From IMG/VR virus record IMGVR_UViG_3300047170_000110: 45,963 bases of DNA; one strand, 5' to 3'. Positions 19,062-26,843 of the stretch are shown piece after piece. Under the pieces are notes generated by a model. It made no database searches, had not been told where the DNA came from, and worked only from the letters and a program-made list of their open reading frames with translations. The stretch comes from an uncultured virus (IMG/VR IMGVR_UViG_3300047170_000110) (taxonomy: Duplodnaviria > Heunggongvirae > Uroviricota > Caudoviricetes). A program made the position numbers and the translations under genes. The stretch's first letter is position 1. Every line of letters begins with the position of its first letter.

Positions 19062-21278
19062 ATGGAACGTAAAGACCTGATGCAGAAGATCACGGCGAAG
19101 ATTCAAACGGAGGGGCGTAGCTCCAGCTACAACCCGCTCGTTCAAAAGCCGATCTCCTTGAACCCCATTGGGCCGGGGAATTACGCGGACGGCTTTGGCG
19201 GCTATGCCTACATCGGGCCTCCCCCGGATTTCGGCGGGACCTACGGCGCCTATACGGACAGCCAGGGTCGCAAGCAGATCGGGATCAAGGCCAACAAAAT
19301 GTTCAGCATGGTGGATGGGTCCCCCATGCAGCTCACCTCCGAGCTTTCACCGCAGGAGCGCACAGCGCTTCTGTCGCAGATGGAAGACGCGAATGAGTCT
19401 TACAAGTGCCCCCACTGCCGTTCCGAGCTTTGCATTTCGGTAGCCAGTGCGATCGAGGCCGAACAACTGCATTGCCCGCACTGTGCCACCGCGATGGAAG
19501 GTGCCATGGACAAGGCAAAATCTTGTTTTTCAAAGTTACAGGAGAAAAAGAACATGGCTACTACCGTTAAGGCAAGTGAAGGCGCTGCAAAGGCCGGAGA
19601 AATTCTCAACGTCGGCGCCCAGGGCAAGGACCTCGCGAAAGAAGCGATGAAGGTCGAAACGCCCCAAGAAGCCAATCCGCACGAGAAGGCCGAAAAGGCC
19701 ACTCCTCTCGAAGTTTCTCCCAAGGGCGTCTCCGAAATCAAGCCTATGGACGAGCTTGCAAAAGATCTCGTGAAGGCCGGAGAATCTTCCGCCGAAGAAA
19801 AGGCGAAGAAAGAAGCCGAGGAAAAGGCCGCGAAGGAAAAGGAAAAGGAACTCGAAGCTTCCATCCGAGCCAAAGTCGAAGCTGAATTCACGGCCAAGGC
19901 CGACGCTCAGAAGAAAGCGCAGCTCACGGCCGCCAAGGAAAAGTTCAAGGCCCGCCAACGCGCCAAGACCGCTGCCGCTACGGCGCGCGGATCTTTCGAT
20001 GCCAAGACCCTGACGAACTTGAAGCGCGAGCTTCGCGTCATGGCGACGCTCGACGCGAAGAAATTCGCCGAAGTGAAGAAGAACGCCAAGCTCTCGGTTC
20101 TTTGCGCCGAAGTGGAAAAAACCCTTCATCCGAAGGCTTTCCGTGCCCAGGTCCGCGCCGAGCTGAAAGCTCTCGCAGCCGAAGACATGGAAGCGGCGGA
20201 AGAAGCCAAGAAGGAGCTGGAATTCGTGGCTCCGGAAATCCTCATGGAGGAACCCGTGGAACTCAAGCCTAAGGATCCAATGGCTCAAAGCGGCGCCGAA
20301 GGGGCCCCTGCTGCTTCCGCTCCCGCGAAAGCCGAAGGCGAAGACATGGGGGGCATGGGTGGAGCCGAAGGCGGAGACGCCGAAGCTGCCGCCAAGGCCG
20401 CCAAGGAGAAGGAAGAAAAAGAAAAAGCTGACGCGGCTGCCGCAGCTGCGGGTGTAGCTCCGGCTTCCGAAGGCGCCCCTGCCGAAGCGATGCAGACCGA
20501 GTGGCTCGCTTCGCTCGAAACCCTCAAGGGCGAGCGCATCGAGATGAGCCTCTACGACGAGACGGCGGAAAATCCGTACTGGAACGTCGTGGTGGACAGC
20601 GAGCCGGTGGCCCGCATCTTCTTGGGCGACCAGGAAGACGCCCAGGCGATCCGCGCGAGCTTCGTGACCGAAGCGTACGCGAACAACCTCGGTGATCTGA
20701 TCGGCCGCATGGGCGTCCAGAAGATCCTTCCGATGGTGAAGGCCCGTTTGTTCGCCCACAAGGTGGACGAGAAGGAAGTCACCGCTCGAATTCGCGAAAA
20801 GGCGAAGCTCGAAGCGAAGGCCGAATTCGACGGCAAGATCGACACTCTCCGCCAGGATTTCCTCCGCGCGGTCAGCACGGTCTTGGTCGCTGCCGACAAG
20901 AACTTCTACCAGGAAGAAGGCAGACACGCTCTCAAGAGTGGTCTGTTCAATTCCTTGCTCCAGGCCGGTCTGAACGAACAGAACGCGGTTTGGGCGGTGG
21001 AAGCGGGCTTCGAAGACGCTCCTGCTTTCTTCGAGTTCATCACGGCCAAGGCCATCGAAATGATGGACATGCCGAAGGAAGCTCGTGAGTCGGTCGAACG
21101 TACGGTCAAAGCCTCGGGCAAGATCACGATCGAAACGGCCGAGCAGCCGCAGGAAGACAATATCGTTGACCGGCTCGTCAAGAGTTCGGTGAATGCCATC
21201 GCAATGGGTGGAAACGTGAGCGGGGAGAATCTTGGAAGCATCCGTTCAAAGATCGGCTTGAAGGCCACCAGACGCTAA
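19062..21278 (+). CDS. putative capsid scaffold/prohead core protein
   Basis: 738 aa, A/E/K-rich coiled coil, N-terminal CPHC..CPHC; lies upstream of decoration-like and capsid genes. Confidence 0.55.
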   Translation: MERKDLMQKITAKIQTEGRSSSYNPLVQKPISLNPIGPGNYADGFGGYAYIGPPPDFGGTYGAYTDSQGRKQIGIKANKMFSMVDGSPMQLTSELSPQERTALLSQMEDANESYKCPHCRSELCISVASAIEAEQLHCPHCATAMEGAMDKAKSCFSKLQEKKNMATTVKASEGAAKAGEILNVGAQGKDLAKEAMKVETPQEANPHEKAEKATPLEVSPKGVSEIKPMDELAKDLVKAGESSAEEKAKKEAEEKAAKEKEKELEASIRAKVEAEFTAKADAQKKAQLTAAKEKFKARQRAKTAAATARGSFDAKTLTNLKRELRVMATLDAKKFAEVKKNAKLSVLCAEVEKTLHPKAFRAQVRAELKALAAEDMEAAEEAKKELEFVAPEILMEEPVELKPKDPMAQSGAEGAPAASAPAKAEGEDMGGMGGAEGGDAEAAAKAAKEKEEKEKADAAAAAAGVAPASEGAPAEAMQTEWLASLETLKGERIEMSLYDETAENPYWNVVVDSEPVARIFLGDQEDAQAIRASFVTEAYANNLGDLIGRMGVQKILPMVKARLFAHKVDEKEVTARIREKAKLEAKAEFDGKIDTLRQDFLRAVSTVLVAADKNFYQEEGRHALKSGLFNSLLQAGLNEQNAVWAVEAGFEDAPAFFEFITAKAIEMMDMPKEARESVERTVKASGKITIETAEQPQEDNIVDRLVKSSVNAIAMGGNVSGENLGSIRSKIGLKATRR

Positions 21279-21336
21279 TCGAAACCATCCAATTCGTAAG
21301 GAAAAGAATTGGTTCTAAACCAGGAGAAATACTCAG

Positions 21337-22074
21337 ATGATCGACCGTAAACAGATTCGTATCGGTGAACAAGTGGAGCGTCCTGTGGCGATTGGAGCAA
21401 CCATCGCCACTGAAGGGATGGTACTCGTGGAATCCATCCAGAACGGCGTCAGCGTCGTTTCCATCCAGTCCGTCGTGACTGGCTCGGAGAAGATCGCCGG
21501 ATTCTCGATCTTGCCCTTCGTCATGCCGATGTCGGCAGTTGACCAGGAGCAGTTCGTGGTTCCCTCTTCGGGAAGCCTGATCTTCAACCTTCGCTTCCAG
21601 AACTTGGTCGCCGGTCAAGACCGCGCGATCGTTCCGGGTGCTTCGGACCTGACGATCGACGAGACCAACTTCTCCGCCACGCCTCCGACGGGCACGGTGA
21701 AGGTTGACCTCGCGGGTGGCCGCCTGAAGTTCGCTGCGGGCAACGCCGGGATCACGGTGAACTTCCTCTACGCTCACGCGTTGACGGTTCAGCAATCCCA
21801 GCAGCGCTACCAGCAGCGTTCGATCAACAACACCAATCTCGTGGGCGACCTCGGCCTCGTGGGCTTGGCGAAGGGTTACGTGGAACTCGCCACGGACCAG
21901 TTCGACGTGTCCCAGGACTACTCGCAAGGCGCGGCTCTCACGCTCGGCGACAATGGCCAGATCACGATCGGCGGTTCCGGCCCCGTGATCCCGCAAGCCA
22001 AGGTCCTCGCGCTTCCTGACCTCACCGGAAGCCAGCAAGGCCCCATGCTCCGCATCTCGGCCTTCATCGGATAA
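21337..22074 (+). CDS. putative capsid decoration/minor head protein
   Basis: 245 aa beta-rich, strong RBS, between scaffold and MCP, followed by terminator. Confidence 0.5.
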   Translation: MIDRKQIRIGEQVERPVAIGATIATEGMVLVESIQNGVSVVSIQSVVTGSEKIAGFSILPFVMPMSAVDQEQFVVPSSGSLIFNLRFQNLVAGQDRAIVPGASDLTIDETNFSATPPTGTVKVDLAGGRLKFAAGNAGITVNFLYAHALTVQQSQQRYQQRSINNTNLVGDLGLVGLAKGYVELATDQFDVSQDYSQGAALTLGDNGQITIGGSGPVIPQAKVLALPDLTGSQQGPMLRISAFIG

Positions 22075-22106
22075 TTCCGGTAGGCCGCGCGGAGTAGCAA
22101 AAGAAC

Positions 22107-22140
22107 AAGGGGTCAGCTCCGCTGGGGCTGACCCCTTTTT
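22107..22140 (+). terminator. intrinsic terminator
   Basis: AAGGGGTCAGCTCC..GGGGCTGACCCCTTTTT. Confidence 0.85.
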
Positions 22141-22205
22141 AATTCGAGCCCGTCGTTCAGGTTATTTTAAAACTAGCTTCAATCAAATTCGAAAGGGACC
22201 CTTAC

Positions 22206-22634
22206 ATGGTTAGCTCAAAAACAACGACCCTCTTGCAAACCGCGCTTCAAAGTGACGAGGCGGCTGCGGAGCTGCTCGGCGCGATCGAAAGCGTCGATGG
22301 ACCTACGGGCGCCGCTGGCGCAACGGGAGCGGCCGGATCTACCGGAGCAGCCGGTGCAACCGGTTCGACCGGCGCTTCTGGAGCCACGGGAGCTGCGGGC
22401 GCAACGGGGGCTTCCGGAGCGACCGGAGCTTCTGGGCCTACCGGAGCGGCTGGCGCAACGGGCGCTTCCGGAGCGACGGGGGCATCGGGAGCCACCGGCG
22501 CGGCCGGGAACGCTTCCGCCGAAGTCTATACGGCCGGGACGCCCGGGAACTGGACCGCTCCTTCTCCAACCACGACTGCCGCCGCGCTGGATCGCCTCGC
22601 CGCTGCCGTCAAGCTCGCAGGCCAAACGCCTTAA
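22206..22634 (+). CDS. collagen-like (G-X-Y) virion protein
   Basis: More than 20 GAT/GAA/GAS triplets; late motif at 22162-22168. Confidence 0.85.
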   Translation: MVSSKTTTLLQTALQSDEAAAELLGAIESVDGPTGAAGATGAAGSTGAAGATGSTGASGATGAAGATGASGATGASGPTGAAGATGASGATGASGATGAAGNASAEVYTAGTPGNWTAPSPTTTAAALDRLAAAVKLAGQTP

Positions 22635-22657
22635 TTCCAACCGACCTCAATGCAGTT

Positions 22658-22694
22658 GGGCCGACCTCTACTGGGGGTCGGCCCTTTGTTTTTC
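22658..22694 (+). terminator. intrinsic terminator
   Basis: GGGCCGACCTC..GGGGTCGGCCC followed by TTTGTTTTT. Confidence 0.8.
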
Positions 22695-22744
22695 CGAAGT
22701 CAAAAAACCAGGCAACTTAGTAAAACACCCCTAAGGAGACTTAT

Positions 22745-23134
22745 ATGAAAATCCGTTCCCTCGCTCTCATCATGACCCTCGTTTCGCTCGTTTCGTTCGC
22801 AGGCTGTACGAAGAACCAGGTCGGCTGCGCCGTCCAGGACTCGGCCGTCGCGGTTCTCACTCCCGTGATCGCTTCGGGCCTCCAATGCTCGAATCCTACT
22901 GCGATCACCGCTACCCTCAATCAACTGGGCTCCCAGGCGGGTCTCTGCACGCAAGCGCAGTCCCTGGCAAAGGGTCAACAGTCGATCGGAGGCAGCGCCT
23001 GCACGATCGTGGCCGGTTTGCTCATCAGCTCGCTCGCTGGCTCCGCCATCCCGGCTACGTGGGGTTGCTCGGCCGCTAACGCCCAAGCAACGCTCAACTC
23101 GCTGGTCAACCAGGCCTGCGCGAAGATTCCCTGA
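22745..23134 (+). CDS. Cys-rich lipoprotein
   Basis: Signal peptide with FAGC lipobox; six further Cys; AAGGAG RBS. Confidence 0.7.
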   Translation: MKIRSLALIMTLVSLVSFAGCTKNQVGCAVQDSAVAVLTPVIASGLQCSNPTAITATLNQLGSQAGLCTQAQSLAKGQQSIGGSACTIVAGLLISSLAGSAIPATWGCSAANAQATLNSLVNQACAKIP

Positions 23135-23159
23135 ACTGTCCCGCCACAACTACTTGGAG

Positions 23160-23196
23160 AGGGCTCGGGTCTTCGGACCCGGGCCCTTTTCATTTT
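23160..23196 (+). terminator. intrinsic terminator
   Basis: AGGGCTCGGGTC-TTCG-GACCCGGGCCCT followed by T-run. Confidence 0.85.
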
Positions 23197-23361
23197 AGGG
23201 GGTCGGACCCAGAAATTAACAACCTTGCAAAACCAAGCTTACTTTCTCTGTATCGGGCCAAAGGCTGCCTATCAGGAGAGCAGCCCAGTATAAAAAAAAC
23301 CACGGCTCACCTGAACAAGAAAAATTCAAATCGTTTGAACAATTCTAGGAGAGCACTTTCA

Positions 23362-24474
23362 ATGGCCATCAATCCTTATTCCAAGAAAACGGTCGTCGTG
23401 ACCAAGACTGGGAACGAACTCAGCGAATCCCGCACGGCGCTCAACATCAACCCCAAGAACGGCAAGCTCGAAGCTGGCGCAGGCGCCTTCGAAGACAAGC
23501 ACGGCGAAATCAACGCCGGTTCGAAGAAAGAAGTCATGCAGCGCATCGGCGCTCTCGCTCTCGCCGCCTCCCAAGGCGACGTTCAAGAGCAGCATGAATT
23601 CGCCAACCAGCGCGCGGAACTCGTCGAAGCGGCCATGGCCGACAAGTCGGGCGAGACCTGGAGGGTCGTCGGTGAAGTCCTCGGCGATGAGATTTTAGAG
23701 ACGATGGGCCGTGACGGATTCCTCCGCAAGGTCATGATGCGCAAGGATCTGAAGAAGGGCGAGATCGGCCGTCTGCGCGTCCGTAAGAAGGACGTGATGG
23801 CGTTCTACGCCACCACGGACTCCACGGGCGTCACCAGCCAGATCAATCAGTTCTATCTGTTCCCTGACGAGTTTTACGTCAAGGCGCACATCCTGATCGA
23901 AGACCGCGAACTCGAACAGGCTCCCGGCGACTTGCTCGATGACAAATACATCGACGGCCTGGAACAGATGATGGTGAAAGAAGACCAAGTCCTCAAAGGC
24001 TTGCTCGATGTCGCCGCCACGTCCTACAACGACCCGGTCGGCTTCACGACCTTCTCGCCTTCCGTGTTCGCCCAGTCGCGCACGCAGATCCAACAGTGGG
24101 GCAATCCTTGCGCCACCGGCATCATCGCCATGGATTTGTGGAATGACATTTTGAGCGATCCAGAATTCGCGACGTATTTCGATCCCGTCACGAAGCGCGA
24201 AGTCATCATGTCCGGATCCCTCGGATCCTTCTACGGCGTCAACCTCATCACGGACGGGTTCCGTTATGACACGTTGCAAGTTCTTCAGCCTGGGGAGTTT
24301 TACTTCCTCTCGGCTCCGAACGTGCTCGGCGCCCAGACGGTCCGAAAGGACGTGACGACCGCCCCGATCAACATGTACCTCATCGGCAAGCCTGAAAGAG
24401 GCTGGTATATGCAAAAAATCATGGGCCTCTCGGTCGCCAACGGCCGCGCTGTCGTTCACGGAGTGCGGACGTAA
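23362..24474 (+). CDS. major capsid protein (HK97-fold, probable)
   Basis: 370 aa; own RBS, late motif and terminator; 'GLEQMMVKEDQVL..LL', 'GSLGSFYGVNLITD', 'PGEFYFL..P..LG' resemble large-myophage MCPs. Confidence 0.8.
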   Translation: MAINPYSKKTVVVTKTGNELSESRTALNINPKNGKLEAGAGAFEDKHGEINAGSKKEVMQRIGALALAASQGDVQEQHEFANQRAELVEAAMADKSGETWRVVGEVLGDEILETMGRDGFLRKVMMRKDLKKGEIGRLRVRKKDVMAFYATTDSTGVTSQINQFYLFPDEFYVKAHILIEDRELEQAPGDLLDDKYIDGLEQMMVKEDQVLKGLLDVAATSYNDPVGFTTFSPSVFAQSRTQIQQWGNPCATGIIAMDLWNDILSDPEFATYFDPVTKREVIMSGSLGSFYGVNLITDGFRYDTLQVLQPGEFYFLSAPNVLGAQTVRKDVTTAPINMYLIGKPERGWYMQKIMGLSVANGRAVVHGVRT

Positions 24475-24499
24475 GTCCTCCTTCCGAGTCCAAAAATTT

Positions 24500-24533
24500 A
24501 AAACGGGGGAGGCACTGCTTCCCCCGTTTTTTT
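24500..24533. terminator. bidirectional terminator
   Basis: AAAACGGGGGAGGC..GCTTCCCCCGTTTTTTT between convergent genes. Confidence 0.85.
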
Positions 24534-25030
24534 TATTTTAAGTAGGACCAGCTTCGGCCGCGTTTGATGTCCGAGATGAGATAACGGTTCACTCCAAATC
24601 GTTTCGCAATCGCCACGGTTGTGTAACCTGCCGCCAAAAGTTCCCGGATGTCCCGCACCTGCTCTTCAGTCACGATCGCCTTCGGATGATTTTCCCCCTG
24701 TGGGGAGGTCCCATGCCGTCTGCGATCCAGCTGGTTCTCGCTGGCCGTCCCCCAGATCACGTTCTCCAATCGGCAGTCCTCATTCCGGCCGTTCAAATGC
24801 CGGACCTCGTATTCCGATGAAGGGCGTGGCCCTCGGAAGGTCGTGCAGACGAGGATATGGACCAGCTGGGTGGGATACTTCCCGTCCCGGGCCAGCCGGA
24901 CAACGAGGTAGCCGTTATCCGATCTGCCGGGCTTGAGCTTCTTCTCGCGGCCATTGGCGAACCCCACGCTCCAAATAGAGCCATCCTCGTCCGCCTCGTA
25001 GCCTGGAAACCCCGGGATTGCCTTGCGCAT
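24533..25030 (-). CDS. NUMOD4-HNH homing endonuclease with C-terminal HTH
   Basis: IPGFPGYEA...G.IWS; LVHILVC..F.GPRP; VRHLNG...DCRLENVIWGT.SEN. Confidence 0.9.
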   Translation of the reverse strand: MRKAIPGFPGYEADEDGSIWSVGFANGREKKLKPGRSDNGYLVVRLARDGKYPTQLVHILVCTTFRGPRPSSEYEVRHLNGRNEDCRLENVIWGTASENQLDRRRHGTSPQGENHPKAIVTEEQVRDIRELLAAGYTTVAIAKRFGVNRYLISDIKRGRSWSYLK

Positions 25031-25111
25031 GGGGCCCTTTATCCAAATACATCCGGTTTGAATAGCCCCGCGAGAATTTCGCTGACCATTCTCGCTTATT
25101 TTTAGTTAAAT

Positions 25112-25477
25112 ATGCGTGAGGACCCCATGAAGTCAAACTCCACCCCTAAAAGCCACCGGCTGCTTCAGATCGCCCGCGCGACGCTTGATCGGGGCGGGGC
25201 GGAGAACGAAGTCGTGGCTCGCGAGATGGCCGTACTGGCCCTCAGATCGGAAGACGCCATGGATGCCCTGGACAAGCTCCTACCCAAAGTCCCCGAGCCT
25301 GAGATGCGGGAAGAGGACTTCGAAGAAAACCTCGAAGAAACCCAGGTCGCCCAGATCCGCGCGATGGCCAATGAGCTGGTCGCACGGAAGAAGGATTGGA
25401 TCGCCAAATCCATTCTCGCCCGCTTGGACCAAATCGACGAGGCGAAGAAGCGCCGCCGGGCCAAGACCCAGAAGTAA
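25112..25477 (+). CDS. hypothetical late protein (start may be ATG 25127)
   Basis: Helical, charged; CTTATTTTT motif at about 25095. Confidence 0.6.
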   Translation: MREDPMKSNSTPKSHRLLQIARATLDRGGAENEVVAREMAVLALRSEDAMDALDKLLPKVPEPEMREEDFEENLEETQVAQIRAMANELVARKKDWIAKSILARLDQIDEAKKRRRAKTQK

Positions 25478-25538
25478 GTTCGGCATCATCGCCCTGGATG
25501 TCCGGAAAGATGTGCTGGAATCCAGGTTATTTTCAGGT

Positions 25539-25766
25539 ATGGATCTGAAGACCAAGTATCCAGCGCTCGCAGCCGTCGTACCGAAAGGTGCGGGCCCTTG
25601 CTGCATGTGTCATCAGCGTATGTCCGATCAGGACGGCTTTCAGCTGTGTCCGGACTGCCAGGAGAGCATCAACAACTCTACCGGCCTGGGGCTTGACTAC
25701 GCGTCGGTCGCGAGTGTAATCGAAGATTCGAAGTACCCCACCGTGGCCGAAATCTCCGGCCACTAG
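25539..25766 (+). CDS. small Zn-finger late protein (MDLKTKYPAL...)
   Basis: CCMC..CPDC; GGTTATTTT motif 12 nt before ATG. Confidence 0.6.
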   Translation: MDLKTKYPALAAVVPKGAGPCCMCHQRMSDQDGFQLCPDCQESINNSTGLGLDYASVASVIEDSKYPTVAEISGH

Positions 25767-25767
25767 G

Positions 25768-25795
25768 TTGACCTCCTCCCAACCCTCCACATAAT
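25768..25795 (+). promoter_or_regulatory. sigma70-like promoter of the amber operon
   Basis: TTGACC-N16-CATAAT. Confidence 0.6.
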
Positions 25796-25856
25796 AGTTT
25801 CAAGCAAGCCTGCCTCGCGGGCTCGCCGCGTTTCACCCTCATTCCAGGAGGCTCCC

Positions 25857-25886
25857 GTGTTCTACTAGGTGCTGCACCCTCCCTAA
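25857..25886 (+). CDS. leader peptide with internal amber codon (M-F-Y-TAG-V-L-H-P-P-TAA)
   Basis: AGGAGG at 25846-25851, 5-nt spacer, GTG TTC TAC TAG GTG CTG CAC CCT CCC TAA. Confidence 0.65.
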
Positions 25887-25945
25887 AGCTCTCCAAGATC
25901 CAGCGTTCGCCCGTTTAACCCGAACCCTAATTTTTGGAGACTTTA
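25884..25945 (+). promoter_or_regulatory. RBS-sequestering helix (putative translational attenuator)
   Basis: TAAAG-c-TCTCCAAGA (25884-25898) pairs with TTTTGGAGACTTTA (25932-25945), covering GGAG and the A of ATG; inner GTTCG/CGAAC hairpin. Confidence 0.65.
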
Positions 25946-26301
25946 TGAAATCCGTCGTCCTTTCTGAAATGAAGACCGAACTGAAATCCATGGCCGCGCA
26001 GATCCGGACCAACCGGCCGCTCGCGCGGGCCGCCGAATCCAACCAAGCCCGCAACCTCCCCTTCGAATACCCCACCCCCAATCCGTACGCTTTGTCCGAG
26101 CAATTCCGTTTCCTTCACATCGTCTACTGCCTGATGCGTGGGAGGACGATGGAGCAGATCGAACAGAAGCGCCGGTACACGCCCTACGCATTCCAGGCGC
26201 GCATCGATCGCCTTCGGGGGATCTACCAGCCCCGTCTGGATGCCGAACGCGCTCAGGCTGCCCAGGAAGCCGCTCCGGAGGCCGTGCATGACGTAGGGTG
26301 A
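25945..26301 (+). CDS. small helical phage protein (gene A of amber operon)
   Basis: 118 aa; FRFLHIVYCLMRGRTMEQIE motif; GGAG RBS. Confidence 0.8.
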   Translation: MKSVVLSEMKTELKSMAAQIRTNRPLARAAESNQARNLPFEYPTPNPYALSEQFRFLHIVYCLMRGRTMEQIEQKRRYTPYAFQARIDRLRGIYQPRLDAERAQAAQEAAPEAVHDVG

Positions 26302-26575
26302 GAAGCTCTACGTCTTGGTAGAAGCGAGCCTCTCGTCTTCCCAGCGAGCCGTGCAGGCCGCGCATGGGGTTGCCCAGTATTGCCTGGACCACCCCGATAC
26401 GCCCTGGCGGAACGGAACGATCGTCCTGCTGGTGGTCGAAGGGCTCGAAGCCTACATCCAAGGGCACGACCTAGGGCGTCATTCGGTGTTCCGAGAACCG
26501 GACGCTGGGGATCTGCTGACGGCCGTAGTGGGCTTGGATTTTAAAAGAATTACGAAGAGGTTGCCTATGTTGTAA
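26288..26575 (+). CDS. Pth2-like peptidyl-tRNA hydrolase with in-frame TAG at codon 3
   Basis: GGAGG-6nt-ATG ACG TAG GGT GAG AAG CTC TAC GTC TTG; KLYVLV...L..SQ.AVQAAH, W.NGTIVLL and FREPD....LTAV resemble the Pth2 fold. Confidence 0.75.
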
Positions 26576-26654
26576 ACCGGCAAAAGATCGGCCCTCTCCA
26601 GTAGGTTAGAACCTAGCTTACTTATTGGAGAGGATCGGTAAAAGCACATCAAAT

Positions 26655-26731
26655 GGACCCGTAGCTCAGTTGGGTAGAGCGGCCGATTCTAAATCGGCAG
26701 GTCGTGGGTTCGAACCCCACCGGGTCCTCCA
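26655..26731 (+). tRNA. amber suppressor tRNA, anticodon CUA
   Basis: Cloverleaf: GGACCCG/CGGGTCC-T-CCA; D stem GCTC/GAGC; GCCGA-TT[CTA]AA-TCGGC (anticodon 26689-26691); GTGGG-TTCGAAC-CCCAC. Confidence 0.95.
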
Positions 26732-26843
26732 AAATAAGCGCCACATGCTCGCCAAGGGGAGGGAACGCCCTGAGGCTGGACGACGATTGCACGGGAGCGT
26801 CGAAGTTGTGGGACACCGGATCCAGGGGCGCTAACCCTTGGGG

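Noticed and set aside
22295..22510. Tandem DNA repeat or CRISPR-like array
   Set aside because: The periodicity is the collagen G-X-Y coding pattern; no repeat-spacer structure was seen in the window.
25851..25915. Degenerate tRNA (GCTCCCGTGTTCTACTAGGT...)
   Set aside because: No T arm or complementary acceptor strand; better explained as the SD-led leader ORF.
26298..26321. GTG overlapping the gene A stop as start of the Pth2-like gene
   Set aside because: Wrong frame (GTG AGA AGC TCT ACG TCT TGG TAG).
26682..26698. Reading the tRNA as Arg(TCT) or Pyl
   Set aside because: The 5-bp stem GCCGA/TCGGC centres CTA at positions 34-36; the body lacks tRNA-Pyl structural features.
26766..26830. 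Hammerhead ribozyme in the post-tRNA structure
   Set aside because: CTGAGGC does not match CUGANGA, and no GAAA core is positioned correctly.
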